Positions 53,809-64,000 of a stretch of 64,000 nt of DNA are shown one piece after another (position 1 is the stretch's first letter; each line of letters opens with the position of its first letter). The position numbers and the translations under genes were made by a program. Under the pieces are notes generated by a model. It was given only the letters and a program-made list of their open reading frames with translations. It was not told where the DNA came from and ran no database searches. Origin of the DNA: Paraspadella gotoi. Its lineage: Eukaryota; Animalia; Chaetognatha. Location: assembly GCA_051294375.1 (NCBI GenBank), contig CM119267.1, positions 25,559,293-25,623,292 of the forward strand, in the 5' to 3' direction.

Positions 53809-53964
53809 TAAAAAATATTTTTCTCTTATTAGTCAATTATTTTTTTTATTTACTTTACGATTTACAGTAGTCATAAACTTAATGTTTCATTTCGACTTTT
53901 ACTGGAATATGTGAAAGGAAATAGGGAGACAAACTTTTCCGTGGGATTTTAATTTCGGCGTAAA

Positions 53965-55045
53965 ATGAGTTGGGGTTCGTTTGGCTTCGACGCCGGCGAC
54001 TATGGATCAGAGTTTGACTCTGAAAGCGATTCGGAGAAGAAGAGGAGGAAGAGGAGGAGGGAGGAAGAAGTACCGAGGAATAAAACGGAGAAACATCAAC
54101 TCGCCTCTAAAAACGTCGTCAACCAGGAATACGAAAAAGGTTATTTTTTTTAACGATTACGGTTTTCCACTTTACCACGCCCACTATTTCTTTTTTTTTT
54201 TTTTTTTTTTTTTTAACCAGACGAACGAATTCGACACCGCATACATTTCCTCGCGCTCAATGGATACGATCGTCACAAGCAGCTCGTCAACAATTACCTC
54301 ATGTTCTACGGCGGACGTAACTCGGACTTTAGAAGAGATTCGAGTCGAGACAAAAGAGACATCGACGTCATTAGAGAGAATCACCAGTTCCTCTGGGAAG
54401 ACGACGACGACGACGACGACGAAGCCTCTCTGAGTTGGGACAGAAATCTTGCCAAGAGATACTGGGACAAACTCTACAAGGAATACTGTATTTGCGATCT
54501 TTCGCGGTATAAAGAGAACAAAGTGGCCATGCGGTGGCGAGTGGAGAAGGAGGTAATAATGGAAAGGGAAGAAAATAAATTCTTTTTTTCTTCTTTTCAA
54601 ACGTAAACCGAATTTTTTATCGAAATCCAAGGTCGTAGAAGGCAAAGGTCAATTTTCCTGCGCCAACCGCAAATGTCAAGAGCGCGAGGGGATGAAGACT
54701 TGGGAAGTGAATTTCGCCTACGCGGAACACGGGGAGAAAAAGAACGCCCTCGTCAAAGTTAGACTCTGTCCAGACTGCAGTCACAAACTCAACTATCACT
54801 CGAAAAAGAGGGAAGTTAAGAAAGAGAAAAAGAAAAGGATGAAGGAAAAGAGGGAAAAGAGAGAGAAAGACGACGACCAATTTGAAGAAGGTCGACCTTC
54901 AGGCGCCCCCGACGACGACAAAGACGACGACGATGGAGACGATAAGGGTTCGAGTTCGCATTGGAAAGGCCCTCCGCCGAATATCGACGAGGAAAAGTCG
55001 AAGGAAAAGGAATTCGAAGAATATCTGGATGATTTGTTCATGTGA
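53965..55045 (+). CDS. FRA10AC1: FRA10AC1 spliceosomal protein; 3 exons
   Basis: Exons 53965-54139, 54221-54552, 54632-55045. YDRHKQLVNNYLMFYGG, DVIRENHQFLW, LAKRYWDKLYKEYCICDLSRYKENKVAMRWR, WEVNFAYAEHGEKKNALVKVRLCPDCS, FEEYLDDLF. Confidence 0.95.
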
Positions 55046-55181
55046 TCTTGTCTTTTGTTCACGTGATAATATGTATTATTATCATTATGTATGTATGTTA
55101 TTTTACCTTTTCTTATCTTTAATTTACACTTTACCTTAAGAATCCCAATTTGATTTTTATAAAAAAAAAACAAAAAAAACA

Positions 55182-55633
55182 ATGGACTTCGGATCTTCGA
55201 ACTCAGGATCTGGATTGGGGGACGATGGAATCCTGGGCGCCGCTTCTGATAAAGAGTTGCAAGGTGAGTGCTGATTGACTTAAAAAAAAAAAATTTTAAC
55301 ACCAGTCTTAAAATAATTTCAATTTTTTTTATATTCGTTTTGAAAACTTCCCTTTGGTAGATTTCATCATGAAAGAACAGCAACAGGAGGTATTTCGAAG
55401 TGCCATTTCCAAGATGACAGAAATTTGTTGGGACAAATGCATTCCAGGTTTGGAAAGGTGGCGTTTTTGCTTCCTACGTTGAATTTTTCGCCTTTGACTA
55501 TTCCTCCTTAGGGGCCCCTGGAAAATCGCTGGACGGAAAGACGGAAACTTGCATAATGAACTGCGTGGAACGCTTCATCGACACCTCGTTGCAGTTGACG
55601 CAGAGATTGCAGCAGATGGGGAACCAGCATTGA
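55182..55633 (+). CDS. TIMM8: Mitochondrial small Tim chaperone Tim8; 3 exons
   Basis: Exons 55182-55263, 55361-55447, 55512-55633 (not in the ORF track). ELQDFIMKEQQ...MTEICWDKCI...LDGKTETCIMNCVERFIDTS carries the twin CX3C motif. Confidence 0.92.
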
Positions 55634-55980
55634 CGATTGACGCAGATCGATGTCGAAGACTCTCTCCCCCTCATCGGGGAGAGAGACTCTTCGTCCACTT
55701 GTTATTGACTTGTTGTTGACGAATCGCAAATTTGGATGTGTGTCGCCGCCTCTTGTTGACTTTCTTTATTTATTGAAGATCCTTTGTTCAGGGGGAAGAA
55801 CGGGGCGGGCTTTGGCGAAGAGGTCGAAAGACGCCGTCTTAGTTTAGGAAAGGACATTGCAATTGACAATGATGAAAGAGGAAGGACAAAAAAAGTTATT
55901 GTAAAGACTCACAGTATCACCTCGAATCGAAGTAGTAGATATAAAGGATTTATCCAAAACTAATTATAAAGCCAAACGCA

Positions 55981-56127
55981 TTGAACCAAAGTATTGAAAA
56001 AGGAATTATTTAATCTCTTCCAATCCAAAACTAATAATTATCACGCCAAAAGTCTTGAACCAAAGTATTTAAAAAGGAATTATTTAATCTCTTCCAATCC
56101 AAAACTAATAATTATCACGCCAAAAGT
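55981..56127. repeat. Two-copy ~74-bp tandem duplication
   Basis: TTGAACCAAAGTATT.AAAAAGGAATTATTTAATCTCTTCCAATCCAAAACTAATAATTATCACGCCAAAAGT occurs twice. Confidence 0.9.
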
Positions 56128-56244
56128 ATTTTACAAAATTCCGGAGTCATTCTCTACCAAAAAGTATGTAGAAAAAATCACTTCTGCGATCAAATCCAAA
56201 AGTGAAGTTTTTCTGTCGGTCGCCTTATTTTTTGCGCCGGTGGG

Positions 56245-59200
56245 ATGGATTCCAACTCGCGCCTCGTCCGCGTCTTTCCTGCCGCGGATCAACCCGAGTC
56301 GAAGAGAGAATCGAGATCCTCCTTCGGTGACGCCAATAGAATAAAATCGGAACAAACGAAACCAATTAACAGCGAAGTCGCCAGAACGAGGCGACCGTCG
56401 CGTGGCAACGCAACATCCACCTCAGCTCCGACGTCGCGTGGCAACGCCTCTTCCGCTCCTCCTGCTGCTGCTCGAGGACCTCTGATCGATTCCGAATCCA
56501 AAGTTCTTCAAATGGGCGGAACCGGATTCCCTTATCACAACCCCCTGCATTCCAGACATCCTTACTCTGAAGCCCTCGACGCCTCGTCCTACTGTGGCTC
56601 GGGTAAGGAGAGAGATCATGTATTATAAATTAAAGGTGAAAAGAGACTCGTTTTCACTTTTTTAATCAGCTGCATCTTCGCCGGCGAAAAGCTTTCAAGT
56701 CAACAATCGCCATTTGAAATCGAAAATTTCCGGTAAAAAAATCTATGTATGAAATTTGCAAAATTACTTTTTTCACTATATTTATTTTTTTAGATTTAAA
56801 AATATATCTTTCTGCAATTTTTTTATTTAATATTTACGATTTTCTTTTTAATTGAAGCCCCGATGGTTTTTGGTCTTCTGACCGGAATTATTTTGGGTCT
56901 CGTTCTCTCGTCGTGGGTTCGTCGATCCATCCTTCGGTGCGATTATCCGGATATGTCCGCATGCTGCAATCCGTTTCTGCGCAGCCCAAACGCGGCATCG
57001 CGCGGTTTCGCCTCTGCTTTGCGACGCGGCGACTTCGCGGACCCCTGCTCCGACGAGGCGCTCGGGGGCGCCACCCGCGACCCGCGAAAGAAGCTGCTTT
57101 TTGTCGGCGTCATGACGGCCAACAAATATTTGAACACAAGAGCGCCGGCCGTCTTCAGATCGTGGGGCGACAGCATTCCTGGAAAGATGGCATTCTTCTC
57201 GGCGTCCTCGGCCTCCAGTCAATTCGACATTCCCATAGTCGGATTAAAGGGTGCGTCTATTTTACAAGAAAAAAAAGTTAGGTAGTAATCCTATAATTGT
57301 ATATTCTCAGGAGTGGACGATTCCTACCCGCCGCAAAAGAAGTCCTTCATGATGCTCAAGTACATCCACGATCATTGCCTCGATAAGTTCGAGTGGTTCA
57401 TGCGCGCCGACGACGACGTCTTCATCCGTGGAGAGAAGCTCGAACGATTTCTTCGTTCCATCAACTCGTCTAAGCCGCAATTTATAGGCCAAGCCGGTTC
57501 GTCTCTTCTTTGCTAAAAAAGTTAATTAATTTCGAGGCTTCGCTTAATTTTCCCCCCTCAGGTTTGGGAAACAAAGAAGAATTTGGTTTGCTTAGCTTAG
57601 AGTACGACGAAAACTTTTGCATGGGTGAGTCGAGACTTGTTTAGCTGTATTCATTTTTCTTTTTTCTTACTTAACTTTTCTTCATTTAAGGTGGACCCGG
57701 AATGATTTTTTCTCGAGAGACGTTGCGTCGTGTGGTTCCCAACATCAAGGATTGCCTAAAGAATCTGTACTCGACTCACGAAGACGTCGAAGTTAGTGTT
57801 TTCTTTTATATTTCTTTCTTATGATCCTCCTCCCCACACACCATTGACAATCCGCTCTTTCTTTTCTCTTTTTTCACTTTTGTCACTCAGGTTGGGCGCT
57901 GCGTCCGTAAACATGCGGGAATTCCTTGCACTTGGAGTTACGAAATGCAAAACTTTTTCTACCACAATTCCTCGGGGTGAGAAGTCGACTCTTTTTCTAT
58001 TAACTCGGTTACCTACGAAAACACTTTTTCGATTTTAGTAACGAGGCTTTCACTGGAAACCTGAGAAAAAAAGAAGTTCACCGAGCGATAACTCTGCATC
58101 CCGTGAAACAGCACCGGTATCAGCATTACGTCTCCCAGTATTTCCTTTCTTTACGGATCCAGGAACTTTTGCACAAAATAATCCTTTCCAAGGTTTCATC
58201 ATCGTTCTATTCAGTTATTTTTCTAATAGCAGCTCGGGGTCAACGAAGCCTCTTTTGTTTTTGTCAGAGAATTCTTCGAGACATGAGCATCGCTCTCGGA
58301 GAACAAACGTCTTCTACGCCCGATGTCGACGCCAATCATCAAGGTGAACGACTTTGTGGGGAATGGGGAATGTTGTTAAGTGGTGGGAATCGAGAAACAA
58401 AACTAAACTAAACCCACAAAGAATTGCCCTATTTAACATGCTACACCTGTTCAATGTGCATGACATGTCTCTTCAAAAAAAAAAAAACATTGCTTTTTAC
58501 AAAAGCTATTGTGTCGTGGTAGTATTTTATACCCCACTACTCGTCCGAGAATCAGCAGCACCTATGGCGCCGGAGGTAGCACGAGCTCCTCCCAACCCAA
58601 AGGACTCTGGTTCGCGCCCTGCTGATTCACACAAGTAAAAGCGGGACGGGGCGTCTAACCCACCTGTAGTGTCGGACTACAGCCCGATCCGAAGTTCGGG
58701 ACCTTGTGTGCAACGGACGGTAAACTGCTCGCGGCATCGTCTTCCACAATTGTCTATTATAATTCAGAACCGTCTTCTCTTTAGGTCATCCGCCGTCGTT
58801 AATGAAGTGGACGACGACATCTCGATCCATGGTGAGAGACTGGGATTTTCTCGCTCGCAGCATCTACTCTTATCACAACCTCAACCCGAGAAGAGGTCTC
58901 GAAACTGACCTCAGAGTCGCCATGGATACAATCTTGATGCAGGTCTCTCTCTCTCTCTCTTTATTTTTCTTTTTCCCTTTTTTTTATGCAATAAATATTT
59001 TTCTCTCATTTTTAATAACTCGCTGTCATTATTTAAAATTTTTTAAATAGTGCAAGATAGGATTCCAGTAAGTATCATTTAGATATTCAATGGGAAACCG
59101 CCACATAGAAATTTACAAATTCACGTTGTATTGGTGAAATGTTTCGTAATCATGTTGACAATCAAAGATTACGACGGCACTTAGCTCCACTCTCAATCTC

Positions 59201-60289
59201 AGTCGGAGAAATCATCCTAAAGCCAAAGACCTTTTCTCTCTCCATCTCTTCATTTTCTTCCCTGAGCTTCTTTTTCCTTTTTTTTTCATGTTACTCCTTT
59301 TCCGTTCATCAATTTATCGTCTTCGCTTTTTCCTAATTTAATTTTTGTTGTTCTTCCGTGTCGCTTCTTTTTGTCGTTTGTTCGTCACTCACACTTTGAC
59401 CACCGAGGAAGCGATGTTCCATAGCCCATTACTTCGCCCTTTCTGTTTTCCGTACTCTCTTTATTTAAATTATTTATCTTATTCTGTCGTTTTCTCTTTC
59501 CCCTTCACTTCGCTTTTTTTCTACTCAGGTGATGACGATGATAAACGAGAACGCCCGCCAACGCGGTCGCACCATCGATTTCAAGGATATTCTCTACGGT
59601 TACTCTCGGGTGAACCCGATGCATGGAGCCGACTACGTCCTCGACCTCCTCCTCGTCTACCGTAAACACAAGGGGCGCAAAATGACGGTTCCCGTTCGGC
59701 GCCACGCCTACCTGCAGCAGACCTTCGGCGACGTGCAGTTCCGTGAAGCGGCGCCTCCGTCGCAGACCTCGACGCCTCGTGAAGATTCGTCGCCGTCGCT
59801 CTTCCGTTTAGTCCAAGAGAAGTTGTTTCCCGTTGAGAGCGTGGGGCCGGTGAACGAGGACCGCCACGGTTAGGAAAGGCAAAATTACATAGTCTTTCTC
59901 TGTCACCCCATCTCTAAGATTCTCTTATATATCCAGGTCCGATTCCTCGTTCTTCGACCTCGGAAACTATTCACTTTGTCGTCCCTCTGTCCGGACGCTT
60001 CAACACGTTGCTGCGGTTCATGACTAATTTCGAGAAAGTTTGTCTCGCCAGTGGAGAGGACGTCAAGCTGGTTCTTGTCTTATTTCAGGCAAGCTTGGTC
60101 GTTTTCTTTTTAGAAAAATGTGTGAATGCGGGTGATGAATATTTAAGCATATTCAATAAATTATTCATTCAGGAGAGCAACTCCGATCCTTTTGTTGTTA
60201 ACCGAGTTGTTCAGCTAATAGACGGACTCAGCATCAAATATCCCACCCATGAACTAAAAATCGTCCGTTCCAAAGGACCTTTCAACAGA
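56245..60289 (+). CDS. CHSY1: Chondroitin sulfate synthase (CHSY1/SQV-5-like), 3' part lies beyond the window
   Basis: Exons 56245-56602, 56670-56732, 56858-57250, 57311-57496, 57562-57624, 57691-57791, 57891-57976, 58039-58192, 58268-58343, 58785-58942, 59529-59868, 59937-60088, 60173-60289. [88 protein letters not shown]. The first two exons are less certain; ATG 56863 is an alternative start. Confidence 0.9.
58512..58748 (+). mobile_element. Solo LTR (237 bp), TG...CA, TSD ATTG; related to the LTR of the 43470 TRIM
   Basis: TGTCGTGG...TTCCACA is flanked by ATTG. It shares CTCCCAACCCAAAGG, GGGACGGGGCG..TAACCC.CCTGTA and GATCCGAAG with the 43470 element read on the minus strand. Confidence 0.82.
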
Positions 60290-60336
60290 GGTGCAAAAGT
60301 AGTTTAGTGCTGTCCTTTGGAATTATTCTCTTTCAA

Positions 60337-60807
60337 TTTTTATCGTCGTCGTCGGCGGCGTTCCAAATTATAGATATGATTTAATTTGGGTGTATGAAGC
60401 TGAAAATTTATATACAGCTTCTCATCATCGATGTGCCTAAAATTGAGTCTGGACAGTTATTAATTATGTTTTGTTTACGTTTTATCAAAACAAACAAATT
60501 TCCTCTCTTTTATTTTTGTTTCCTTTTCTCTCTCTTTTCTCTTTTAATTACATGTCTCTCTCCCTCTCTCTTTTCTTTAGTCACTGATTCATAGGAGAAA
60601 AAAAACAAGTCTGCAGCTGGCTCTGCAGGGGCTTATTCTTTTTCTCTCTTTTCTCCTGCTGCTTCTGCTGCTGCCTTTTGATTTCTTTCTCTGCAGCTGG
60701 CTTTGCAGGGTTTCTCTCTTTTCTATCTTTTCTCCTGCTGCTTCTGCTGCTGCCTTTTGATTTCTTTCTTTTATTCTCTCTCTTTCTCTGCGTTTTTATT
60801 AAAATAT
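60337..60807 (+). mobile_element. HINE/DINE-1-like family 1, partial, abutting the CRE-like element
   Basis: Body is highly similar to 42860-43290. Confidence 0.72.
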
Positions 60808-63800
60808 TTTTTTTTTTTTCTGAAAAGAAAACAGAGCAAACAAATAATTGCGGGAATGGTTGCAAAAATATCTTATGTCAACAATAAACGAGAACGAAAA
60901 AGGGGAAGATAAAAAGGAAAAAGAAGAAGAGATCGGGAGACAAAGTCAAGCAACTCCGTCCACATGAGACGGCAACTCAATCACGGGACTTCGGGAAGCG
61001 AGCAGGTCCCCGTTCTCGCGCTGAAGGCAGACAAAGTCTCTCAAAAAAGTGCTTAGACGTTTTGCCGATATCTAAGCCTGCATTTGTTTCTTGGAGTTTG
61101 GCGAAATCTTTTAAGTTTGAGAAAGCATCCAGGTCCCATGCCCCGAAGGTAGTAACCCGAAGGGATGAAGCCAACGTCGGCCGGCAGTTTGCCTTCGTAC
61201 TTAGCATGTTTGGCCTGGCGAGCTCGTTCCAGGGCATATGTGGGGTTGAGGATGGTATGACCAAAACAGTCCTGGCGAGGTGACAGTAACATCAAAGACT
61301 GGTGGTTTTGTTCCGACATCTTTTCCAACCACGGATTGTGAAATCCCCAGGTCTAGAGGCATCACCCGCCATGTTCCTTTCTTCTTTGGTGGGCGCAAGT
61401 AGGGCTGCTGAAGCAGTCGAGACAATGGCATCCCGAAGGAGGTTATGACGGCGAATTTTGTCTCAGTAGAGGAGCAAGCTAAATGGCGTGGTCTCCATAG
61501 ATGTCGGAAGGTCTGTCACAGGATAGGCTGGAAAGATGGAAGCCCCAAACGGTATTTGACAGCCATGATGAAAGATTTGGGAGGTAGGCGCAAGCCAAGG
61601 GAGGAGAAGGGATGACATTGAGGAAGTCTCCAGTTCTGGACAGGCAGACGGATTGGAGGAGGCTCGAAAACGCTCATCCAGGACCTTTGACTTGAGGTTT
61701 TTCAACCTAGCTTCGTCCACACGTCGGGAAAGGTATTTTTGAGTGATTGAGGCATCAAGCCTGAAGCAGGTGGAGGAGAGGAGGCTCCGGCGGAAAGGTT
61801 GGATAGGAGCTCTAAGGCCTGAGTGTGGTCTCGCTGACAGATGAGGGGCGAAACCAGTCGACTTACGAGTGACTTGGTCTGCAGGATGGAGGAGACAAAG
61901 GCCGAGAGCGCTGTGGGCATGGGCGCTGCGTATTCCCAAGCCGCCCAGGGAGACGGGTAAGGAAAGAAGGTCCCATTGAGGATCTGAGAGTGAGAACGAG
62001 CATCCAAGGATGGAAGCGAGAGAGGAGCATTGGATTCATCAAAAAGAATGGCAGGTTGGAGCTAAGGTGAGGAGCTACAGTCCTTAGGGTGTAAGAAAAC
62101 TTTGGTGTTCCGAAGCAGCTGCGAAGCAGGGCATAAGCAACTTGGCGGTCACCCAAGGATTCAAGGTTGGACAAAAAGCCCGAGAGTTTTAGAACCCGCT
62201 CTTTGAGGGTAAGCTGACAGAAAGAGGCAACCAACGGGCGATGCATAAGAATGATGACCCCTTCATCCATGATCTCAGTGAGAGGCAGTTCCAAAGGAGG
62301 AAGAGAAGTGCGGATGTCGGGGGGCCTCCAAAAGGTTGACTTAATGAGGTTTATGTGGAGACCAAGCTTGGGGACATCTTGCTGGAGCAACTTGAAGGCT
62401 TGGGCTACATCAGTGGGCCCACCCAGAAAAAGGCCATCGTCCAAATACCAGTTGTTTAGAAGAGCTGGAACCTCAAGCCTGATCTTTTTGACCAAAGAAT
62501 GAAGAGCAATGGCGAAGAGAAGGGGTCCTAGGGGATCACCTTGTTGAACTCCAGCCAGACTGAGGATAAAGTCGTCTCCAAAGCGAAGAAGTGGGGCACT
62601 CCCATAACACCAATTGACAAAGGGGCTTAGGCTGGGAAGCCGTTTGCTGACTTCAAGGAGCATGGTGGAATGGTCGATGCAATTGAAAGCATTGGAGAAA
62701 TCCACCTGAAGCAGCCATTTAGAATTGGAGGGTATGGAACTGTCTTCGAGTATGGCTTGGACTGCGTGAATCAGGGCTTCGGCCCCTCCTTTGGTCCTCA
62801 CTCCAAGCTGATGAGGCTCCAGGAAAGTTGCAGCCTGAGGCCCAACTGAAAAGGCCAAACACTTGGCAACAAGACGTCTGAGAACCTCACCTACGGCGAT
62901 AGGACGGACGGATCCAGGAGATTTCTTGTTGATGGCGTGCAAAGTGGCCCCGCAGAAGAAAGGTGAAACATCGGGGGGGAGTTTGCCGGAAGCGATGACA
63001 TTTAAGAGTCGGGTTAAGCTTGAGGTTGTCTTGGCTGCCTGAGAGGACTTTCCACAGAAGACTGCCTCCTTAATATGTGAAGCGCGAAGGCCTGATGGTC
63101 CGGGAGCAGTGCCTTCAGGGAAAGAACGGAGGGCTGCAATCATTTGATCTTCACTTATGACGAAAGGGGGGTCAACCTCTATGGGAATGATGATTCCTGG
63201 AAGGGGTTGAGGAGGAGGCGTTCTTCCGTCGGGGATTACCCTTAAGAATATTTGGGCGGTCATTGCTCTCCCATTTGAGAAAGCGGTCTTTGACGAGGTT
63301 TGATTTCCATGCTGTCTTCCACCTCTCGGGGGAGTTGATAAGGTTGCCTTAGGCAAGGCAAAGAGCCATTGAATGCCTTCTTTGTGGGAAGGGTCAATAG
63401 CTGAGCAAAAAATTTTGGACCATGCATTCCGACAAGGCTTTGGGATATGGCGAAAGGTGGGANNNNNNNNNNTTGGTTTACGAGGGGGAGAAGGAATACA
63501 GAGTAAGGAGGGAATAACCTGGGAGGAAGGAGGGGAAGGATGAGGAGGATCCGGGGGAGAGGCCAAGGGAGAGGAAGGAAGAAGAGGAAAGTTCTCTGAA
63601 GTGAGAGGGGGAGGATCCGAGGCTTGAGCGCGAAAGAGACGAAGACCTCCGAGATGTCTTGACTCAATGAAGAAGGAATTCCTTCTGGAGCAGAGGCGGG
63701 GACCGGACATTCTGACAGTACCAGCGAAGGACATTGGAAATGTGCCTGGGGTTGATTCCAACGCAGAAAGCGTGAAAGCGGCGAAGGCAGTTGTCGCATT

Positions 63801-63990
63801 GGATGCCTGAGCGACCCTTTCTTCCGTCAATGCGACCGCACTCTTGACAAGGCCACAGCGTCCCAGACGAGGTACGAGGGTGAACCAGAAGATGGTGATG
63901 TCCCGGAGTCGAGGTTTGGGAGGACCATTGGGAGGACCATTGCCCCCCGCGAGAAAAGGGCATGGCAGGGACTGGAAGCTATCTTTGTCT
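60808..63990 (-). mobile_element. Non-LTR retrotransposon, CRE-like (RT plus restriction-like endonuclease), frameshifted, in a CHSY intron
   Basis: RT ORF 61863-63830 has RPIAVGEVLRRLVAK, QLGV..GGAEA, DFSNAFN, GVQQGDPLGPLLF and WYLDDG. Downstream fragments RPGDVT / KHAKY / TTFGAW are typical of an RLE domain. Upstream is a PHD-like CQEC...IQCDNCLRRFHAFC...WYC. The T-run at ~60808-60819 is the probable poly(A) tail. Confidence 0.85.
63463..63472. other. Assembly gap (10 N)
   Basis: N run within the retrotransposon. Confidence 1.
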
Positions 63991-64000
63991 ATAAATAAAA

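Noticed and set aside
11941-57492. Many minus-strand and alternate-frame ORFs overlapping exons
   Set aside because: Shadow ORFs of GC-rich, codon-biased + strand exons; no motifs or independent splice structure.
43560-58620. tRNA-like segments as real tRNA genes
   Set aside because: No complete cloverleaf or acceptor stem, and they are embedded in TSD-flanked LTRs.
3336-60289. Alternative genetic code, stop readthrough or selenoprotein recoding
   Set aside because: All gene models close with standard code and no in-frame stops in conserved regions.
1-64000. Spliced-leader RNA or snRNA gene
   Set aside because: Sm-like T-rich motifs occur only in AT-rich repeat context; no recognisable SL/snRNA structure found by eye.

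Overview
Eukaryotic, intron-containing genomic DNA, almost certainly from an invertebrate animal. It has GC/CpG-rich exons in very AT-rich, transposon-filled introns and spacers. I reconstructed 13 protein-coding genes exon by exon by hand, and all 13 are on the + strand: RSKR/SGK494 kinase with a ~890-aa C-terminal tail, ARPC1, a ~1300-aa coiled-coil protein, an RRM protein, HIRIP3, archaemetzincin (AMZ), STN1, SCOC/UNC-69, BLOC1S5, FBF1, FRA10AC1, TIMM8 and CHSY (3'-incomplete). Several stop-to-start spacers are only 28-230 nt, and two longer ones shrink to ~250-330 nt once recognisable transposons are removed, which suggests an operon-like/polycistronic layout. Splice donors are unusually degenerate: 28 of 60 have a pyrimidine at +3, two are GC, and one more is probably GC or GA. 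Mobile DNA includes a CRE-type non-LTR retrotransposon with a PHD finger, two Helentron/DINE-1-like families, several TIR MITEs (one with telomere-like repeats), and miniature LTR elements (TRIMs and solo LTRs) with tRNA-like Pol III boxes and an extended tRNA-Trp-like primer site. Gene identities come from recalled family motifs, not database searches.
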